Below are positions 61,401 to 64,000 of a DNA stretch of 64,000 nucleotides, one piece after another. The notes under the pieces were generated by a model. The model saw only the letters and a program-made list of their open reading frames with translations, was not told where the DNA came from and made no database searches. Origin of the DNA: Mytilus trossulus (Eukaryota); assembly GCF_036588685.1 (NCBI RefSeq), contig NC_086380.1:46128001-46192000 (forward strand). The letters run 5' to 3'. How positions within the stretch are numbered: position 1 is the first letter of the stretch; each line of letters starts with the position of its first letter. The translations under genes were made by a program, and so were the position numbers.

Positions 61401-63905
61401 CTTCCAACATTTCTAGAGCACCATACCGCTCGTCAAGCCTCTTCCATAATCTCTGTATACCTATGGTAGGATTATTAGCGTTCGACGCTCTTATGCTAAT
61501 GGCGTGTTTAGCAGACTCTGGACCGAGCCACTTGATCAGTAAATCGATCTGTTCTGAGTCGGAGACTTGTAACTCATCAGTCACGTTCTTGAAGCTTGCT
61601 TTCCAAGTATGAAATGACTCTGCCCGATCGTTAAAGCTTGTTAATCGGGAGAAAAGCAAGTCCTTGCGTAAAAGGAATCTAGTTATCTCTGATGTAAAGT
61701 TGATTTGTTGCTGGTGTGCAACAGGGATCTCTTCTACTATGCCTTGTTTTTGGTGTGAAACAGGGATCTCTTCTATAAAGTCTTGTTTTATGCGTAAGAC
61801 AGGGATCGCTTCTTTAACACCCTGTTTTTGATGTTCAGTAGGGCTCTCATCTGAAAGGCCTAATTTTTGTATGCCGGTTACTAATCCCAGATCTGGGATA
61901 AAGGTAACTTCCGGTGACTTATTATTGGAAGGCAAGACAGCAGATGTCTGTGACAGCAACTTCGGTGCCACGGATGGCACGAACGCTGGTGCGTCGTGAC
62001 TCAGCTCGATCTTAACAGGAATTTGTTTTTTCCTTTGAGGTTCTGTTACTTCCTTTACAACAGTTGATACAGGAAGTTTATTGACGAAATCTTGCACGCG
62101 CTGGAGCGGGTCTTCCTTTTCGTCAGGTAGTTCGCTAAACGCTTGGCTGTCATCGTATTCCAGGATACGAGCCTCGGCTTCTGCGGCTGCAGCTTCTCTC
62201 TGTGCTTCAAGAAGGTTAAATCTGGCTTTCAGCTCGGCTTTTTCACGGCTTACCCGTACGGCTTCTTGTTGCATTTGAGCCTTCCTGCGCATAGCCTCTT
62301 GTTCTAATTGCACTTTTCTGTGAGCAGCCTCCTGTTCTAGTTGCACTTTTCTGTGAGCAGCCTCCTGTTCTAGTTGAACTTTACGTTGAGCGACTTCTTG
62401 CTCCATTTCTGCCTTTTTACGTGTGGCTTCCTGTTCCATTTCAATTTGTCTGAACAGGGCTTGTTCCTCTAACATTGCTTCCTGTTGTAGGATAATGGCA
62501 TGTTTCTCTACAAAGGCTATTTTAGACTTGGCAGCCTCTGCCTTGGCACGCTTTCTCCGTGCTAGGCTTGACATGTCTGACACGTTAGAGCTACCGCTGC
62601 GTGAGGTTTTCTTACCTTTTGAGGTCTTTGTTTTAGTGGATTTGGCCTTTGTTAGGGCGAGGCGATGCTCGTGTAGTTTTTTCATTACAAGTTCCACTTT
62701 GGATAGACGTAAATCCAAAGAGAGTTTACATGCATCAATTTCTTTTTGACTCTCCAATGTTCTGGTCCTTTTCAGAAAGTCAAGGTACTCATCTGTGAGC
62801 CTACGATAGTTATTACAGGCTTTAACTAGTTTGTCCTGAGCTGTGAGGAGTTGCTGGAGCTCGTTAGGAGGCGTTGTTACTTCCAATAACTGGGATTCAA
62901 TGCCGGCCCAGAGAGCCTCCAGCTCCTGACAGAACTTGTCACGTTTTTCAGTGAAAGCTCCTTGTCCTTTTTCTGTGAGGTCACGTACTCGCCTAGCCTC
63001 GGGAGTTTCATCTGACTGTGATGTATTAGACGGATTTTCTAATAGTTCAGGGACATCTCCTTCTTGGGGCTGTATCTCTTCTTGTTGTTCCTCATGACTG
63101 GGATCCATGTTGACTCAACGTTGTTAGGTTGCTGTCGAGTATACACAAGCTATGTAGTCCACTGACAGTGTAAAGGTATGTACGTTGCTACGTTGTCGTT
63201 CCTTGTCTAGATATGTAAAGACAGGTTGTCGTCAATTTACTGTACGTCAAGGTATGACGCGTTAATGCAGGGTTCAACAGGTAGGTTGTTCTGTAGCTGT
63301 AGAACTAATGTGGAGTGGCGTTATCTGTGAGACACAACAGGCAAGTTGTAGACTTTTTACTGTAATGGCCTGACCACTAAGTATAACCGACGATTGGGCT
63401 CAAGCAGAAAAGACTATCAGGTGCTGATACTTTAATCAAGAGTCAATCTAACAAATGGTAAAAAGCTGAAAAACAAATAAAATACAATTTTACAATGTGT
63501 TCAATTAATGTTATTATAACGAAATGTCAAAGGTAATTGATAGCACAGTCCGTTGAATGCAAGAAAATGTTGTACTTCAAGAACGGTTACATTTCAAGTA
63601 TTTCACGGAGAAAAGGTTCAAATATGTAGAGAGCAATTTGAACGGTTCAAATACAATGTTGTAGAATTTACTCACTCTGTTGTTAGCCACGAATTGTGTC
63701 CAAGATGACGTCTCAACGAAATGTTCCTGGTGATCGTAATGACCTTGCAGTTTTCCTGTAACGGATACGTGAGAGTGAGGGAAAGGTAGCGACGGTATGA
63801 TGTTTTAACGTTAAAGATGAGTAATCCTCCTAGACTGGAACACATAAACTGATTAAGAATATAATCAAACGAACTAAATAAATTACGGAACGGTGTAACA
63901 GAATA
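58473..63905 (-). mobile_element. BEL/Pao LTR retrotransposon, non-autonomous (gag-protease only), with 545-bp near-identical LTRs
   Basis: LTRs 58473-59017 and 63361-63905 (two mismatches seen); purine tract AGACGGGGAG abuts the 3' LTR on the minus strand; internal region starts GTAAAAAG; no clear TSD. Confidence 0.92.
59203..63108 (-). CDS. BEL/Pao Gag-aspartic protease polyprotein (1301 aa) lacking RT, RNase H and integrase core
   Basis: Coiled coil; Pao gag core (FNDRAESFHTWKASF, W.RL..RYG); three Cys/His knuckles; protease YAIIDDQSNRSL; no YVDD; only a degraded GGSRI..S.L...EK.P relic. Confidence 0.9.
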   Translation of the reverse strand: MDPSHEEQQEEIQPQEGDVPELLENPSNTSQSDETPEARRVRDLTEKGQGAFTEKRDKFCQELEALWAGIESQLLEVTTPPNELQQLLTAQDKLVKACNNYRRLTDEYLDFLKRTRTLESQKEIDACKLSLDLRLSKVELVMKKLHEHRLALTKAKSTKTKTSKGKKTSRSGSSNVSDMSSLARRKRAKAEAAKSKIAFVEKHAIILQQEAMLEEQALFRQIEMEQEATRKKAEMEQEVAQRKVQLEQEAAHRKVQLEQEAAHRKVQLEQEAMRRKAQMQQEAVRVSREKAELKARFNLLEAQREAAAAEAEARILEYDDSQAFSELPDEKEDPLQRVQDFVNKLPVSTVVKEVTEPQRKKQIPVKIELSHDAPAFVPSVAPKLLSQTSAVLPSNNKSPEVTFIPDLGLVTGIQKLGLSDESPTEHQKQGVKEAIPVLRIKQDFIEEIPVSHQKQGIVEEIPVAHQQQINFTSEITRFLLRKDLLFSRLTSFNDRAESFHTWKASFKNVTDELQVSDSEQIDLLIKWLGPESAKHAISIRASNANNPTIGIQRLWKRLDERYGALEMLEASLKSKLEKFPTLTNKDNARLYELSDILSEIEYHKENPKLGCLLAYFDSSSGINPIVEKLPYGLQEKWITRASRFKSKYEVAFPPFTEFSAFIREISKIKNDPGFIFGSKATSNIKDATPRFTPQTSSKVNVHKTAVEQQTEDSSQQQDLCILHKTKHTLNECRAFRGKPIEERKELLRQNNVCYKCCESTTHRSRDCNASISCNECGSERHTTALHITRPQQSEKSQFSSPRQAYGGELTQVYGGEQTESAETKLTSVSSICTEIYKDHKSEKSYAKILPVDVYHKDKTDKIIRMYAIIDDQSNRSLASPEFFSLFNVREKPVNYSLTTCSGRVATSGKRGKDFVIKSVHSDVQFDLPTLIECNNIPNNRDEIPTPEVAMHHPHLTELRGSITPLEERCQILLLIGRDLIEAHHVLEQRLGPSRTPFAQKLRLGWVIIGNTYIDKQTVPIEVNTKITNVSITESKQRLASRPEIAVKDNNPIVVQSKDKNFQTNAKVAKSHSIQYLECTRPSTKPGKRTNSSKGTLLASVKAKSLTSIEKSIDKENFIPKSTGPEVHGEEISSIQKYIPIEEPIANINMPLSKQPLLRGGSRIAKSDLNFSEKEPVVLSGHHQKVTPFLGHYYNTIKHRGPHFIDRTTGSARWNVRTKRLISLDTQRDVTFRQTGIGSSISSRHTHRRTTFNRRRRLTTLEKTVPTISTATMEHFANHSNRIREILLQRTRNCAEPSFPWN

Positions 63906-64000
63906 ATGATAAACAATATCGTCTTTATAATCTGAAAGTCAAGGAGTAAGATAAACTCAATTGGCATCTTTACCATCAGTTGGCGATATCCTTTAACTCT

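Noticed and set aside
59963-62749. Several plus-strand ORFs of 65-108 aa
   Set aside because: Antisense shadows of the BEL gag-protease ORF.

Overview
AT-rich eukaryotic (intron-containing) DNA, most likely a bivalve mollusc: the dispersed SINE-like, Helentron-like and hammerhead-ribozyme repeats resemble those I recall from Mytilus (inference). Host genes are sparse: the last two coding exons of 60S acidic ribosomal protein P2 (+, 1610-2816), a partial GH16 beta-1,3-glucanase/glucan-binding gene (+, 49621-55666) and the terminal exon of a universal stress protein with a His-rich tail (-, 56287-56571). The rest is stacked mobile DNA. A decayed DIRS1-type tyrosine-recombinase retrotransposon (7307-~20350) contains a second, nearly intact DIRS element (13672-18948) inserted precisely into its pol ORF. 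There are also a Penelope-like RT remnant, a decayed Academ transposon holding a hAT derivative and a MITE, an Academ-like shell carrying Gypsy debris, and a young BEL/Pao LTR element that encodes only Gag-protease. The most striking object is a 16.2-kb IS3EU-type DNA transposon (33021-49218) with palindrome-array TIRs and two convergent, spliced, intact genes: a DDE transposase and a SAM-domain + HECT E3 ubiquitin ligase. All coordinates and alignments were read by eye; no database searches were run.
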